Below the pieces are notes generated by a model. That model did no database searches and was not told the DNA's origin. It saw nothing but the letters and a program-made list of their open reading frames with translations. From assembly GCA_963786955.1 (NCBI GenBank), contig CAWBAT010000005.1, forward strand, positions 650,860 through 714,859: a DNA stretch of 64,000 nt, given 5' to 3'. Both the position numbers and the translations under genes were made by a program. Each line of letters starts with the position of its first letter. Position 1 is the stretch's first letter. Below, one piece after another: positions 51,001 to 60,660 of this stretch. The stretch is from an uncultured Acidimicrobiia bacterium. Lineage in GTDB: Bacteria > Acidobacteriota > Terriglobia > Versatilivoradales > Versatilivoraceae.

Positions 51001-52548
51001 TTGGCATCTATCCTACTAAATAGAATAGTCTGTCATTCATTCCAATTCGCTCTTCCTTTTTCTTGTCGCAGAGAAAGGCGTAACCGGGCATCAGTCGCTG
51101 CCACTCGGAACAATGGGCAGATTACCGAATTTATCGATTCGGTTGCCGGGCAGACAGTCGATTACACCTACGACAGTTTGAATCGTTTGATAGCAGCCAG
51201 CACGACCGGGTCCCAGTGGGGTTTGAGCTTCAGCTATGATGGTTTTGGAAACCGTTTGAGCCAAACGGTAACGAAGGGATCTGCTCCGGCTAGCTCGCTC
51301 GCGATTAATCCAGCCACCAACCGGATCAGCTCGACCGGCTACGTTTACGATGCGAATGGCAACTTGACGACCATGCCGAGTGGCACTTCAAGTCTCACGC
51401 TCAGTTATGATGTGGAGAATCGGCTGGCACAAGCCAGTACCACATCAATGACCAATCGTTTCGGATATGATCTGGACAATCGTCAGGTCTATACAAACAC
51501 ACTTGGTTCGACAGTTGAATCCATTATCTTTTACGGAGCCTTTGGGGAACGATTGAAGGAGTACACTTTGCAATGGGGCAACTATCAAGCGATCCATTGG
51601 AATTTATACTTTGATGGGAAGCTGATTTGGCAGGATTACAAAATCACACCCCCTGCGAACGGCGGCATCCCAGGTTTTCAGGACCGACTGGGCTCGCGAA
51701 TGGCTTATTTTCTGGCGTATTATCCCTTCGGCGAGGGGCAGGTCCCAGGCCGGGATTTTGCCACTTATTTGAGCACACCCTTTGGTATCGATTATGCGCA
51801 CAACCGCTACTATGCTAGCAACTTGGGACGGTTCACCACGCCCGATCCGTATGGAGGAAGCGCCAATCTAGGAGATTCACAAAGCTGGAACCGGTATGCG
51901 TATGTAAACAACGATCCTGTGAACAGGAATGATCCATCGGGGCTCGATTATTATTACTATGGTCCCAGAGCAGGAAATGATTTCTTTGACTGGGAGTGGC
52001 TCTGCAGGTTCTTTGGCAACTGTTCGGGTGGGAATCCAGGTGGCCGAGGCGAAGGTCCGACTGTTGGTCCAGGAGGCCCTCGAGGTGTAGATCCTTACAC
52101 AGAACCGTCACAGACAGTACCCGCAAACAACACGGTCTCGTCATCCCCTTGTAACTCGGCTGGAAACGCGCTAAGTCCACAGCAATATCAGGCGGTGGGA
52201 TACGCTGCGCGAGCCTCGTGGCTGTACGGTCCGGAAGTCGGAGTTTGGTCGAATGCGGGTGCGTTGGCGATGTTCAAGCGTGGGCTGCCGCTAGATGCGC
52301 AGGTACTCTATGGCGGGTCACCAGCTTACGCGAATTACGCGTACGGGGTTTACGCGGCTGCAGCAGGGTTACCATTGAGCGTTGCATTTGCGGGTGCAAA
52401 TGCTTATGCAAGTGTTTTTAGCTCTTACGAAAGAAAACCTCCGTATGACGAGAATTATAAATCGACGCCTGCCGAGAATATCCAAAATATTACCAAAGGG
52501 TACAACGACCAGAAAAACGGAACTCTATGCTCAATACCAAATCAATGA
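51001..52548 (+). CDS. RHS/YD-repeat C-terminal cassette A: YD repeats, RHS repeat-associated core and a C-terminal polymorphic-toxin domain of unknown type (orphan-like; no N-terminal domain)
   Basis: YD motifs (YTYDSLNRL, FSYDGFGNRL, YVYDANGNL, LSYDVENRL, FGYDLDNRQ). RHS core …NRYYASNLGRFTTPDPYGG…YAYVNNDPVNRNDPSGL, followed by a G/P-rich linker and a 200-aa unique C-terminal domain. Begins at a TTG inside the repeat element, with no RBS. Confidence 0.75.
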   Translation: MASILLNRIVCHSFQFALPFSCRRERRNRASVAATRNNGQITEFIDSVAGQTVDYTYDSLNRLIAASTTGSQWGLSFSYDGFGNRLSQTVTKGSAPASSLAINPATNRISSTGYVYDANGNLTTMPSGTSSLTLSYDVENRLAQASTTSMTNRFGYDLDNRQVYTNTLGSTVESIIFYGAFGERLKEYTLQWGNYQAIHWNLYFDGKLIWQDYKITPPANGGIPGFQDRLGSRMAYFLAYYPFGEGQVPGRDFATYLSTPFGIDYAHNRYYASNLGRFTTPDPYGGSANLGDSQSWNRYAYVNNDPVNRNDPSGLDYYYYGPRAGNDFFDWEWLCRFFGNCSGGNPGGRGEGPTVGPGGPRGVDPYTEPSQTVPANNTVSSSPCNSAGNALSPQQYQAVGYAARASWLYGPEVGVWSNAGALAMFKRGLPLDAQVLYGGSPAYANYAYGVYAAAAGLPLSVAFAGANAYASVFSSYERKPPYDENYKSTPAENIQNITKGYNDQKNGTLCSIPNQ

Positions 52549-53027
52549 TCGAGATTGCTTCAGAAGATGCAATTGTAAACATTTCAAGGCAGGGTCGCCT
52601 TGTTCAAGTTATGGTGAATCTGATTGTTATCGTGGGGCTGTGTATTTTTGGACTAGGCTGTAATGAGGGCAGTATAACTTGGTCGACTGAAGCATATTCT
52701 CCTGATGGGGTCTGGCATGCGACTGCCCATACTCGCCAATGGGGAGGCCCCGGGACAGCTTTTGTAGAGACGACCGTGTACCTTGATCAAAGCAGGGTGA
52801 AAGGGCCTCCGACCCTTATACTAGCCTTTACTCATCAGTATTCTAGTAGAATGTATCTGAAATTGGAATGGATCACAGCAAAGCACTTGGACGTCACTTA
52901 TGGTTATGGTGAGAGCGGAAGACCTGGCGATCATGTTGATCTAATCTTCCAAGCAGTCAAGAACAATGGTGTTGAAATTACGGCGAGAGAGATTCCGAGT
53001 GGAACAAAAAAGGCCACAACTCAATAA
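52527..53027 (+). CDS. putative cognate immunity protein for cassette A (membrane-anchored, unknown fold)
   Basis: 166 aa overlapping the toxin stop. One TM helix (LVQVMVNLIVIVGLCIFGLGC). Its position immediately 3' of an RHS-CT is the only evidence for function. Confidence 0.4.
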   Translation: MLNTKSMIEIASEDAIVNISRQGRLVQVMVNLIVIVGLCIFGLGCNEGSITWSTEAYSPDGVWHATAHTRQWGGPGTAFVETTVYLDQSRVKGPPTLILAFTHQYSSRMYLKLEWITAKHLDVTYGYGESGRPGDHVDLIFQAVKNNGVEITAREIPSGTKKATTQ

Positions 53028-53344
53028 CGCCATTGCCAAAAACTCTAGTCACACCCAACGACAAGGCCGTGGGGGTGTTGGGGCCAGCCCTCAAAAATCA
53101 AATTAGTTCAGTACACCCGGAAAAAGATCGGTGACCAGACCAAAGCCCTGTACGAATCCTTGTGTGAGACAGTACATCTTAGCTTGGGGCCACGAAACTG
53201 TCCCTGCAGCAAAATACAGGATGACACTCTCTTACCTCTTCACGGACCAACACACTAGATTTGGATGTTTAGCTCGCGCCCGAGCACAAAAATTCACTAG
53301 CCACAAGGCTTCCTCGGGATCATTTCTGCTTGCATAAATCCCTT

Positions 53345-53440
53345 TCTAGATCAGGTCTTCGCGGCATTTGGCTCATGAAAGAGAAATGAGATAAAGGTGA
53401 ACGGTGCCACACTCAAATAGGTTGAATCTTTACTGTAGGT
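53345..53440 (+). repeat. hairpin-repeat family, degenerate partial copy (tail half only)
   Basis: gtcttcgcggcatttggctcatgaaagagaaatgagataaaggtgaacggtgccacactcaaataggttgaatc aligns with the tail of copies a and b. Confidence 0.5.
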
Positions 53441-53631
53441 CCTTTGATCAACATTTAGGGGACATCTGTCTCCCGTTAATTTCTCCTAGTTATTACTCAA
53501 GCTATTGTAAGTTGCAATCCCCTGCTGCCCAGACAGGGCGTTATAGTCTCTAATCATGGCTTGGTCAACTTGTCCATGCTGGTTCACTTGCTGTTGCTCG
53601 ATTCCAAGTTGTCGGCGCCGTTGGAGCGCGC

Positions 53632-53754
53632 GTGGCGAAGACATGCGCTCTTTGCATGTCTTCGAATCAGTTGACTCATGAAAGAGAAATGTGGGAAAAG
53701 AAGAATCGGGCATTGCCGCTCTTAAAAGTTTGAATTCTCGCCTTTCCTTAAAGC
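53632..53754 (+). repeat. hairpin-repeat family, copy b
   Basis: gtggcgaagacatgcgctctttgcatgtcttcgaatcagttgactcatgaaagagaaatg…ttgaattctcgcctttccttaaagcttggcatctatcc. The tail is near-identical to copy a. Confidence 0.7.
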
Positions 53755-54300
53755 TTGGCATCTATCCTACTAAATAGAATAGTCTGTCATTCATTCCAAT
53801 TCGCTCTTCCTTTTTCTTGTCGCAGAGAAAGGCGTAACCGGCAATCAGCCGCTGCCACTCAAGACAATGGGCAGATTACCGAATTTATCGATTCGGTTGC
53901 CGGGCAGACAGTCGATTACACCTACGACAGTTTGAATCGTTTGATAGCGGCCAGCACGACCGGGTCCCAGTGGGGTTTGAGCTTCAGCTATGACGGATTT
54001 GGAAACCGTTTGAGCCAAACGGTAACGAAGGGATCTGCTCCGGCTAGCTCGCTCGCGATTAATCCAGCTACCAACCGGATCAGCTCGACCGGCTACGGGT
54101 ACGATGCGAATGGCAACTTGACGACCATGCCGAGTGGCACTTCAAGCCTCACGCTCAGTTATGATGTGGAGAATCGGCTGGCACAGGCCAGTACCACATC
54201 AATGACCAATCGTTTCGGATATGATCTGGACAATCGTCAGGTCTATACCAACACAACTGGTTCGACAGTTGAATCCATTATCTTTTACGGAGCCTTTGGG
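53755..54300 (+). pseudogene. RHS/YD-repeat cassette B, truncated after the YD region (…FYGAFGER) by a hairpin-repeat copy
   Basis: About 95% identical to cassette A over 170 codons, then runs into repeat copy c (…GRGWRRHAPFAFLRRS is the translated repeat). No RHS core and no CT. Confidence 0.6.
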
Positions 54301-54360
54301 GAACGGGACTGGGGTCACATCTTTCCTTTTTCCAAAAACGAGCGTGGAAGGGGCCGCGGG

Positions 54361-54480
54361 TGGCGAAGACATGCGCCCTTTGCATTTCTTCGAAGAAGCT
54401 GCATCATAAAAGAGGAATGAGAGAACAGAAAAAGCTGCCCCACTAAAGAGATTGAAATCTCGCCTTAAAGCATGGCATCT
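54361..54480 (+). repeat. hairpin-repeat family, copy c (second stem half diverged: gcatttcttc)
   Basis: ggtggcgaagacatgcgccctttgcatttcttcgaagaagctgcatcataaaagaggaatgagagaacagaaaaagctgcc…. Duplicated exactly at 58088. Confidence 0.7.
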
Positions 54481-54489
54481 ATCCTAATT

Positions 54490-55995
54490 AATTGAATACT
54501 CTGTCATTCATTCCATTTCGCTTTTTCTTATGCTTGTCTCTGAGAATGGCATAACCGGCCATCATCTGTTGCCACTCAAAACAACGGGCAGATCAGCCTG
54601 ACGATTGACTCGGTATCAGGAGAGACTATTGATTACACCTACGACAGCCTGAACCGGCTGATCACGAGCGCTACCCAGGGACCGCAGTGGGGCCTATCAT
54701 TCAGCTATGATGGATTCGGGAACCGCTTGAGTCAGACGGTGACGAAGGGATCCGGGCCGAGTAATAGTTTGATCGTCAACGCGGCCACGAATCGAATCGC
54801 TTCGTCCTATTATAGCTACGATTCCAATGGGAATCTTGTCACCATGCCTTACGGGACCGGCTATACAACGCTGAGCTACGACATCGAGAATCGGCTGATC
54901 CAGGCCACAAATACAAACGGGACAGAAACATATGCTTACGGGCCGGATAACCGGAGGGTGTATCAGAAGATGGCCAGTGGGACGGAATTGGTGTTCTTTT
55001 ACGGGGTCAATGGGGATCGATTGAGGACGTATCAGCTTCAGTGGATGAACGGCTTTTCTGTGACGAACACGAACATCTATTTTGCCGGAAGATTGATCTC
55101 TGCGAACAACGGACCCATCCGCCTTGACCGATTAGGCTCAGTTCGAAACTGGTCGCGCTACTACCCGTTTGGAGAAGAGCAAGGGTCTGGGTATATTCCA
55201 GAAAAGTTCGCCACCTACTACCGCGACACCTCGACCAGTCTCGACTACGCCATGAACCGGTACTACGGAAGCACCATGGGACGGTTCACGACGCCCGATC
55301 CGTATGGCGGAAGTGCTAATCTAGAGAATCCTCAGAGTTGGAATCGGTATGCGTATGTCAACAATGATCCAGTCAATAACAACGACCCTACAGGGCTCTT
55401 TCTCCCTGGAACCCCTTTTGATGATTCATTGAGTTATTTCGAGTTGTGGTGGGTATATAACAACCCTATGAGTCGCCAATTTGCATTTCCCGGAGGCGGA
55501 TCTCAGCCACCTCCACGTCTTTTCAAAGATCTTCTTGTATATGGTGCTGCCAACTTAATTTACAAGAAAAAATGTGGAGACTTCTTGGTGAGCGTAGGGC
55601 AGAAGGCCTTTTTGGATGTAGTCGGCAAGTCGAGTGTTAATGAATTAAATTCTGCCGAGCGAACATACTATGATGCCATCACTACGACCAACCTCAAGGG
55701 ACGGCTTCAGGGTGCGTCATTCTATGATAAGCATCGCCCAGAAGAGGATCAGTATAAGAACATCGTTCGTGCTCGCTCTGACTACGGTATCGATGGAACC
55801 GGTCAGTCTATATCTTTCTTCGACGCGTTCATTGGACAAAGTACCACAGAACAGTCCCAAATAGTAGTACATGAGAGTATGCATTTGATCAACGCCGTAA
55901 GCGACTCCAATCTAGCAAGGGGCGCCGGCGTCTATAAGGGGGATAAAAGTGCATCGGAAGATTTTCAAACAGAACTTAAAAAGCATTGCAAATAA
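54490..55995 (+). CDS. RHS/YD-repeat C-terminal cassette C (diverged core, about 70% identical to A) carrying an HExxH zinc-metallopeptidase-like toxin domain
   Basis: YD repeats and RHS core (…NRYYGSTMGRFTTPDPYGG…YAYVNNDPVNNNDPTGL), then a unique CT containing VVHESMHLIN (HExxH). The table ORF is 54727-55995; homology to A and B extends upstream to about 54560. Confidence 0.7.
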
Positions 55996-56413
55996 ACTTT
56001 TCTTATTTTCCAGCTTCGTCATATTGGCATTCGCAGTATCCGTACAAGGTCAGGTTGAAGAACCTTTGAGGGTTTCTTACTTCATTTCACCTGAATATCC
56101 GCGTCTAGCGAGACAGGCCATGATGTCAGGCGACGTCGTGCTGACAGTGACAGTTGATGCCACAGGCACACCTAAAGATATCGTTTTCAAGGCTCCGTAC
56201 CCATTGCTGGGCGAATATGCCAAGGAAGCTGTTTCCAAATGGCGATTTAATCCTGTTTCTCCTCCTTCTACACGTAAGGGATTCGTTTTCATCCACTACA
56301 GTTTTTCCGGCACGACTCGTGACTGTGACCCCAGCACAGTAGTGGCTGCCGACTTAGAAAATCTGCGGGTAATTGTAACTGTCGATCCGCGCCGTCCTTC
56401 TGACTCGGAATGA
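55949..56413 (+). CDS. TonB C-terminal-domain-like secreted protein; possible immunity protein for cassette C
   Basis: Signal peptide, then PEYPRLARQAMMSGDVVLTVTVDATGTPKDIVFKAPYPLLGEYAKEAVSKWRFNPV (TonB_C-type fold signature). Overlaps the toxin gene end by 47 nt. Confidence 0.5.
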   Translation: MHRKIFKQNLKSIANKLFLFSSFVILAFAVSVQGQVEEPLRVSYFISPEYPRLARQAMMSGDVVLTVTVDATGTPKDIVFKAPYPLLGEYAKEAVSKWRFNPVSPPSTRKGFVFIHYSFSGTTRDCDPSTVVAADLENLRVIVTVDPRRPSDSE

Positions 56414-56606
56414 CCGAGAGGCGTTTCCAGCATCAAGGAGATTTCACAAGAGTCAAAAGAGATTTGAAGTCAATTTCGGGGTTAATTATTCAGCATCTTA
56501 TATAGTAAAGCTCAGTGCAATCGAGCCATTTTGGAGAATTAAGGATGACAACTACTTTTATCTTATTTTTTCTGCGATTACTACTCCTTGGCGGTACCAA
56601 AGCGAG

Positions 56607-56760
56607 GTCGGACCAAGCAAGATCCTTGTTGGATGCGGAACGGGTGTGATTTTAGAGGTATTTTTCGGCCTTAGAAATTCTTTTTTGGGTGCAAAAACGG
56701 GCTTTTAACAAAATGTCTCTGCGCGGAGCAGCATAAGCTTAAGAGAGGCTCACACGGCGG
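56607..56760 (+). repeat. second repeat family R2, copy 1 (ggtcggaccaagcaagatccttg…ggccttagaa…gggcttttaacaaaatgtctctgcgcggagcagcataagc)
   Basis: About 150-bp segment, about 90% identical to 57030-57165. Each copy is followed immediately by a hairpin-repeat copy. Confidence 0.65.
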
Positions 56761-56765
56761 GTAGC

Positions 56766-56880
56766 GAAGATATGCGTCGTTTGCATGTCTTTGAAGAAGC
56801 TGACTCATGACAGAAAAATGAGAGAACAGAAAAGGCTGCCACACTCAAGAGATTGAATTTCCGCCGTAAAGCTTGCCATC
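56766..56880 (+). repeat. hairpin-repeat family, copy d (degenerate stem gaagatatgcg…gcatgtctttg)
   Basis: gtagcgaagatatgcgtcgtttgcatgtctttgaagaagctgactcatgacagaaaaatgagagaacagaaaaggctgccacactcaagagattgaatttccgcc…. Followed by a cassette C-type 5' fragment that R2 interrupts at about 57020. Confidence 0.6.
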
Positions 56881-57029
56881 TTCCCTAATTGATTGAATAC
56901 ACTGTCATTCATACCAGTTCTCTTCTCCTTATTCTTGGCTCTGAGAAAGTTAAAACGAGCAATCAGCCGCTGCCACTCAAAACAACGGGCAGATCAGCCA
57001 ATCGATTGACTCGGTGCACAAGCGGGGTC

Positions 57030-57165
57030 GGACCAAGCAAGATCCTTGCTGGATGCGGAAGAGGTGTACTTTTAGAGGTATTTTTCGGCCTTAGAAGTCC
57101 TTTTTGGGCCGCTAAAACGGGCTTTTAACAAAATGTCTCTGCGCGGAGCAGCATAAGCCGGGTGG
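57030..57165 (+). repeat. repeat family R2, copy 2
   Basis: See 56607-56760. Confidence 0.65.
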
Positions 57166-57240
57166 CGAAGACATGCGTCCTTTGCATGTCTTCGAGGCAG
57201 TTGGTTCATGAAAGAGAAATGAGAGGATAGAGAATAGCAC
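57165..57240 (+). repeat. hairpin-repeat family, copy e
   Basis: gggtggcgaagacatgcgtcctttgcatgtcttcgaggcagttggttcatgaaagagaaatgagagg… with a perfect 10-bp stem. Confidence 0.65.
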
Positions 57241-57337
57241 GGCACATGAAAGATATAATCTTTGCAAAAAGTTTCATGATCAATGTTCAGCGGTAGAATG
57301 TTCACCCGTTACTATTGTTTTGCTTTACCAATTGAAT

Positions 57338-57371
57338 CGAAGACATCGCAAAACGATGTCTTCGCCACCCA
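57338..57371 (-). repeat. hairpin-repeat family, solo inverted copy (cgaagacatcg-caaaa-cgatgtcttcg-ccaccc)
   Basis: Reverse-complement reads gggtggcgaagacatcg-tttt-gcgatgtcttcg, i.e. the 5' hairpin module alone in the opposite orientation. Confidence 0.55.
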
Positions 57372-57661
57372 CGAAAAGTGGGGTCGGGACGAACAGGTCG
57401 TTCCTGACGGAGCTAAGAAATCTTCAACGACACTCCGTTCTATAAACAGGTCGCCGCGCTGCGGCTTCGCCTAGAATGACAACAGCCGCGGACCCACATA
57501 TCGGGTCCGCGCTACGCTAGGGAAAAGCCACAGAGTCAAAATCAGCTCTGCGATTCCCACTACGTGCTGGCTCCGTAGGAGCCTCCGGTCTATAGTAACC
57601 AGGAGCCACTGGTCTTGAAAGCTCCAGAGGAGCGGCCTGTAGGCTCAGATCCAACTTCTCA

Positions 57662-58150
57662 ATGCATTTCCCTAAAAGCAAGAGCACGACCGGGTCCCAG
57701 TGGGGTTTGAGCTTCAGCTATGATGGTTTTGGAAACCGTTTGAGCCAAACGGTAACGAAGGGATCTGCTCCGGCTAGCTCGCTCGCGATTAATCCAGCTA
57801 CCAACCGGATCAGCTCGACCGGCTACGGGTACGATGCGAATGGCAACTTGACGACCATGCCGAGTGGCACTTCAAGCCTCACGCTCAGTTATGATGTGGA
57901 GAATCGGCTGGCACAGGCCAGTACCACATCAATGACCAATCGTTTCGGATATGATCTGGACAATCGTCAGGTCTATACCAACACAACTGGTTCGACAGTT
58001 GAATCCATTATCTTTTACGGAGCCTTTGGGGAACGGGACTGGGGTCACATCTTTCCTTTTTCCAAAAACGAGCGTGGAAGGGGCCGCGGGTGGCGAAGAC
58101 ATGCGCCCTTTGCATTTCTTCGAAGAAGCTGCATCATAAAAGAGGAATGA
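57662..58150 (+). pseudogene. duplicate of truncated cassette B (near-identical to 53880-54420), 5'-truncated
   Basis: ORF 57662-58150 is residue-for-residue identical to the tail of ORF 53755-54420, including the run into repeat copy g at 58088. Confidence 0.6.
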
Positions 58151-58219
58151 GAGAACAGAAAAAGCTGCCCCACTAAAGAGATTGAAATCTCGCCTTAAAG
58201 CATGGCATCTATCCTAATT

Positions 58220-58663
58220 AATTGAATACTCTGTCATTCATTCCATTTCGCTTTTTCTTATGCTTGTCTCTGAGAATGGCATAACCGGCCATCATCTGTT
58301 GCCACTCAAAACAACGGGCAGATCAGCCTGACGATTGACTCGGTATCAGGAGAGACTATTGATTACACCTACGACAGCCTGAACCGGCTGATCACGAGCG
58401 CTACCCAGGGACCGCAGTGGGGCCTATCATTCAGCTATGATGGATTCGGGAACCGCTTGAGTCAGACGGTGACGAAGGGATCCGGGCCGAGCAACAGTTT
58501 GAGCGTCAACACTGCCACGAATCGAATCAAAATGAGCGGGTATTCCTACTTTCCCAATGGAAATCTAGTTCCGCCAATCCCCTTCGCCAGTACTGACGAT
58601 CAAGTTACCAACTTCGCCCACGCAAGACTAGAAGGTCACCTGCACAAAGCGGAACAAACCTAA
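58220..58663 (+). pseudogene. duplicate 5' fragment of cassette C (matches 54490-54780), diverging and terminating after about 60 codons
   Basis: 58200-58510 is about identical to 54470-54780. After …TKGSGPSNSL the sequence diverges and hits a stop at 58663. Confidence 0.5.
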
Positions 58664-59329
58664 TCCAATGAGTCCGACCGAGAGTAGACGGAAAAGCTGT
58701 TGGGAATTAGGATGCGCGCTGAGCCGCCTCAAAATGGCGAATGTCAGAAAGCTCACTAAAGCCATCACAATCGCCAAACCCAATTGAAAAGACAGTAATG
58801 AAAGAATCATCCCTTTTCTGGGATAGCCAATGCTCCGAGCCAGATCTGAATAGCTCAGTCCATAGATAATGCCCAGAAAACCCGCAATAGCCCCTCGATA
58901 TCGGATCTTCTTGATGAGCACATTTTCAGCTGCAACATAGGCGACGCTCAATGGAATTGCTGAATGGACAAATCGAACCGACAAGATTGGCCCGTGCCAG
59001 GTGTCGTAGGAGAATGCGGCCGCTTGACCCAAAAAGGACATCGCCACGACGATCCCTAGGCCTCCCCAAGTGGGTTCTATCAAGATCAATCCCAGGAGGA
59101 AGGCCGCAGATTCGGGAGTCGAAAAGTACTCTTTGATTGAATAAGTGCATGATCGCCATGCCAGCTTGAAGTAGCTTCTCGTTTCCCGTCGCAGTTCGAC
59201 TCGGCCCTCCGGCGTCTCCAAGTTGAAATAGCGTTGCTCCTCAACACCATCGTAATGAATGCGGGCAAGGTCCCAATGCCCTGAATCAGTGAGCGAATGC
59301 AGTGTTACCCGAAAAACAACATCCTCCAA
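58628..59329 (-). CDS. polytopic membrane protein of unknown function
   Basis: 233 aa with about 5 TM helices in the C-terminal two-thirds. No motif recognised. Confidence 0.4.
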   Translation of the reverse strand: MEDVVFRVTLHSLTDSGHWDLARIHYDGVEEQRYFNLETPEGRVELRRETRSYFKLAWRSCTYSIKEYFSTPESAAFLLGLILIEPTWGGLGIVVAMSFLGQAAAFSYDTWHGPILSVRFVHSAIPLSVAYVAAENVLIKKIRYRGAIAGFLGIIYGLSYSDLARSIGYPRKGMILSLLSFQLGLAIVMALVSFLTFAILRRLSAHPNSQQLFRLLSVGLIGLGLFRFVQVTF

Positions 59330-59335
59330 AGGTCT

Positions 59336-59743
59336 TTAAATGCATAAATCAGGTGGCAACGGAGCTCCCCTTTCTGGGGGTTGAAATTCACTTCTGCCAA
59401 TCCTTCCCTGTCCTCCCTCTCCACTTCCAAAGATCCGAAACTGTTCCAATAGCTGTGGTGCAATTAACCGAATCTCGGCTAGAACTTCCTCCTCCGTGAT
59501 GAGCAAGTCGTTATTGCGATCGAACTGCCGCGCAAACTTTAGTTCGCGCAAATTGAATTGAAGCCAGACTGCAATTTCCTGCTTTCCAATTTCGATCTCT
59601 GCATAACTGACACCCGTCATATGCGCAGCGGACGACAGCGTAAAGAGAGGAATCAGGAGGCAAATCCAGACGAGGAAGGCGGCCCTTCGACCCTTCAGGC
59701 TCTTGAGGAAAGCGGAGGGATGAAGATCAATCCATATCATCAC
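59336..59743 (-). CDS. hypothetical protein (signal/TM N-terminus); may be the N-terminal part of the 58628-59329 gene if a frame break is present
   Basis: 135 aa. Ends 7 nt before the next minus-strand ORF start. Confidence 0.3.
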   Translation of the reverse strand: MMIWIDLHPSAFLKSLKGRRAAFLVWICLLIPLFTLSSAAHMTGVSYAEIEIGKQEIAVWLQFNLRELKFARQFDRNNDLLITEEEVLAEIRLIAPQLLEQFRIFGSGEGGQGRIGRSEFQPPERGAPLPPDLCI

Positions 59744-59945
59744 TGGGAATGATAAGAACGCTTTGGATGTGGTGAAAAAACGATTTCGATTCGAGTTAAA
59801 GGGGCCGCTGTGGTCTTTCCCGATGAAGGCCGAATTGGTGAACCCATCAGTCCAGCAGATTGGTGCCCACCAGATTCACGGTTGGCTCCGATCTCGAATA
59901 GCAGCCATCATCGAGTCGTGAATCAATCCGTTACTGGCGAGAAGT

Positions 59946-60660
59946 TCATCTCCATAGATCGAATAGTCCCTTCCCATGGAAATCCGTAACGGTCCCGCCT
60001 GCTTCGAGCACGATCAGGAACCCAGCTGCAGAATCCCAAGGCTTCAGTTTCCGTTCCCAAAATCCATCGGTACGGCCCATCGCCAAGTAGCACAGGTCCA
60101 GCGCCGCAGATCCATCACGCCGGACTCCTTGGGCTGTTTTCATGAAACTCGTGAAATAGCTCATGGCATCTTCGAGATTTTTGAAAAGCTCATAGGGGAA
60201 ACCCGTGGAAATTAATGCCTGCCGAAGTTTGTCCACTTGAGAAACTTGAATTTTTCTGCCATTTAGATAGGCTCCATTCCCCTTTTCCGCGACAAATAGT
60301 TCTTCGCTCACAGGATTGTAGATGACCCCCACGATGAGCTGCCCGTTCTGCTCCAAAGCCACCGAAACACCAAAAAGAGGATAATCATGCGCATAGTTGG
60401 TCGTCCCATCCAGGGGATCGATAACCCATCTGAAACTCCTCGGATCGCTGTATTTCCGTGCCCTCTTCAGCAAGGATAGAATGATGCGGAAATCGCGAAT
60501 TAAGCCATTCCACAATTAACTTTTCCGAGCGTTTATCGACTTGAGTCACAAGATCAATCTCAGCTTTGTACTCGATTTCTTTGGCTTTTCCGTAATATTG
60601 CCTGAGAACATCTCCTCCTATTTTGGCGGCTTCAACAGCGACTTCAAGGTAGTCTCGCAT
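59946..60660 (-). CDS. inositol monophosphatase family protein (SuhB/CysQ-like); one frame break near 60400-60500
   Basis: …ILAEEGTE… (N-terminal ORF 60385-60660) and WVIDPLDGTTNYAHDYPLFGVSVAL…WDSAAGFLIVLEAGGTVTD (IMPase motifs) in ORF 59946-60515. Confidence 0.7.

Noticed and set aside
54221-54409. 62-aa ORF (also 57951-58139) and the peptide GRGWRRHAPFAFLRRS translated from the hairpin repeat
   Set aside because: These are read-through translations of the non-coding repeat element present in multiple contexts, not genes.
50880-58210. Possibility that the regularly recurring hairpin repeats form a CRISPR array or integron attC sites
   Set aside because: Repeat spacing is irregular (0.4-2.4 kb), the 'spacers' are protein-coding RHS fragments, and the repeats are about 120 bp with a single simple hairpin. 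No cas or intI gene is present, and the attC R''/L''-L'/R' structure is absent.
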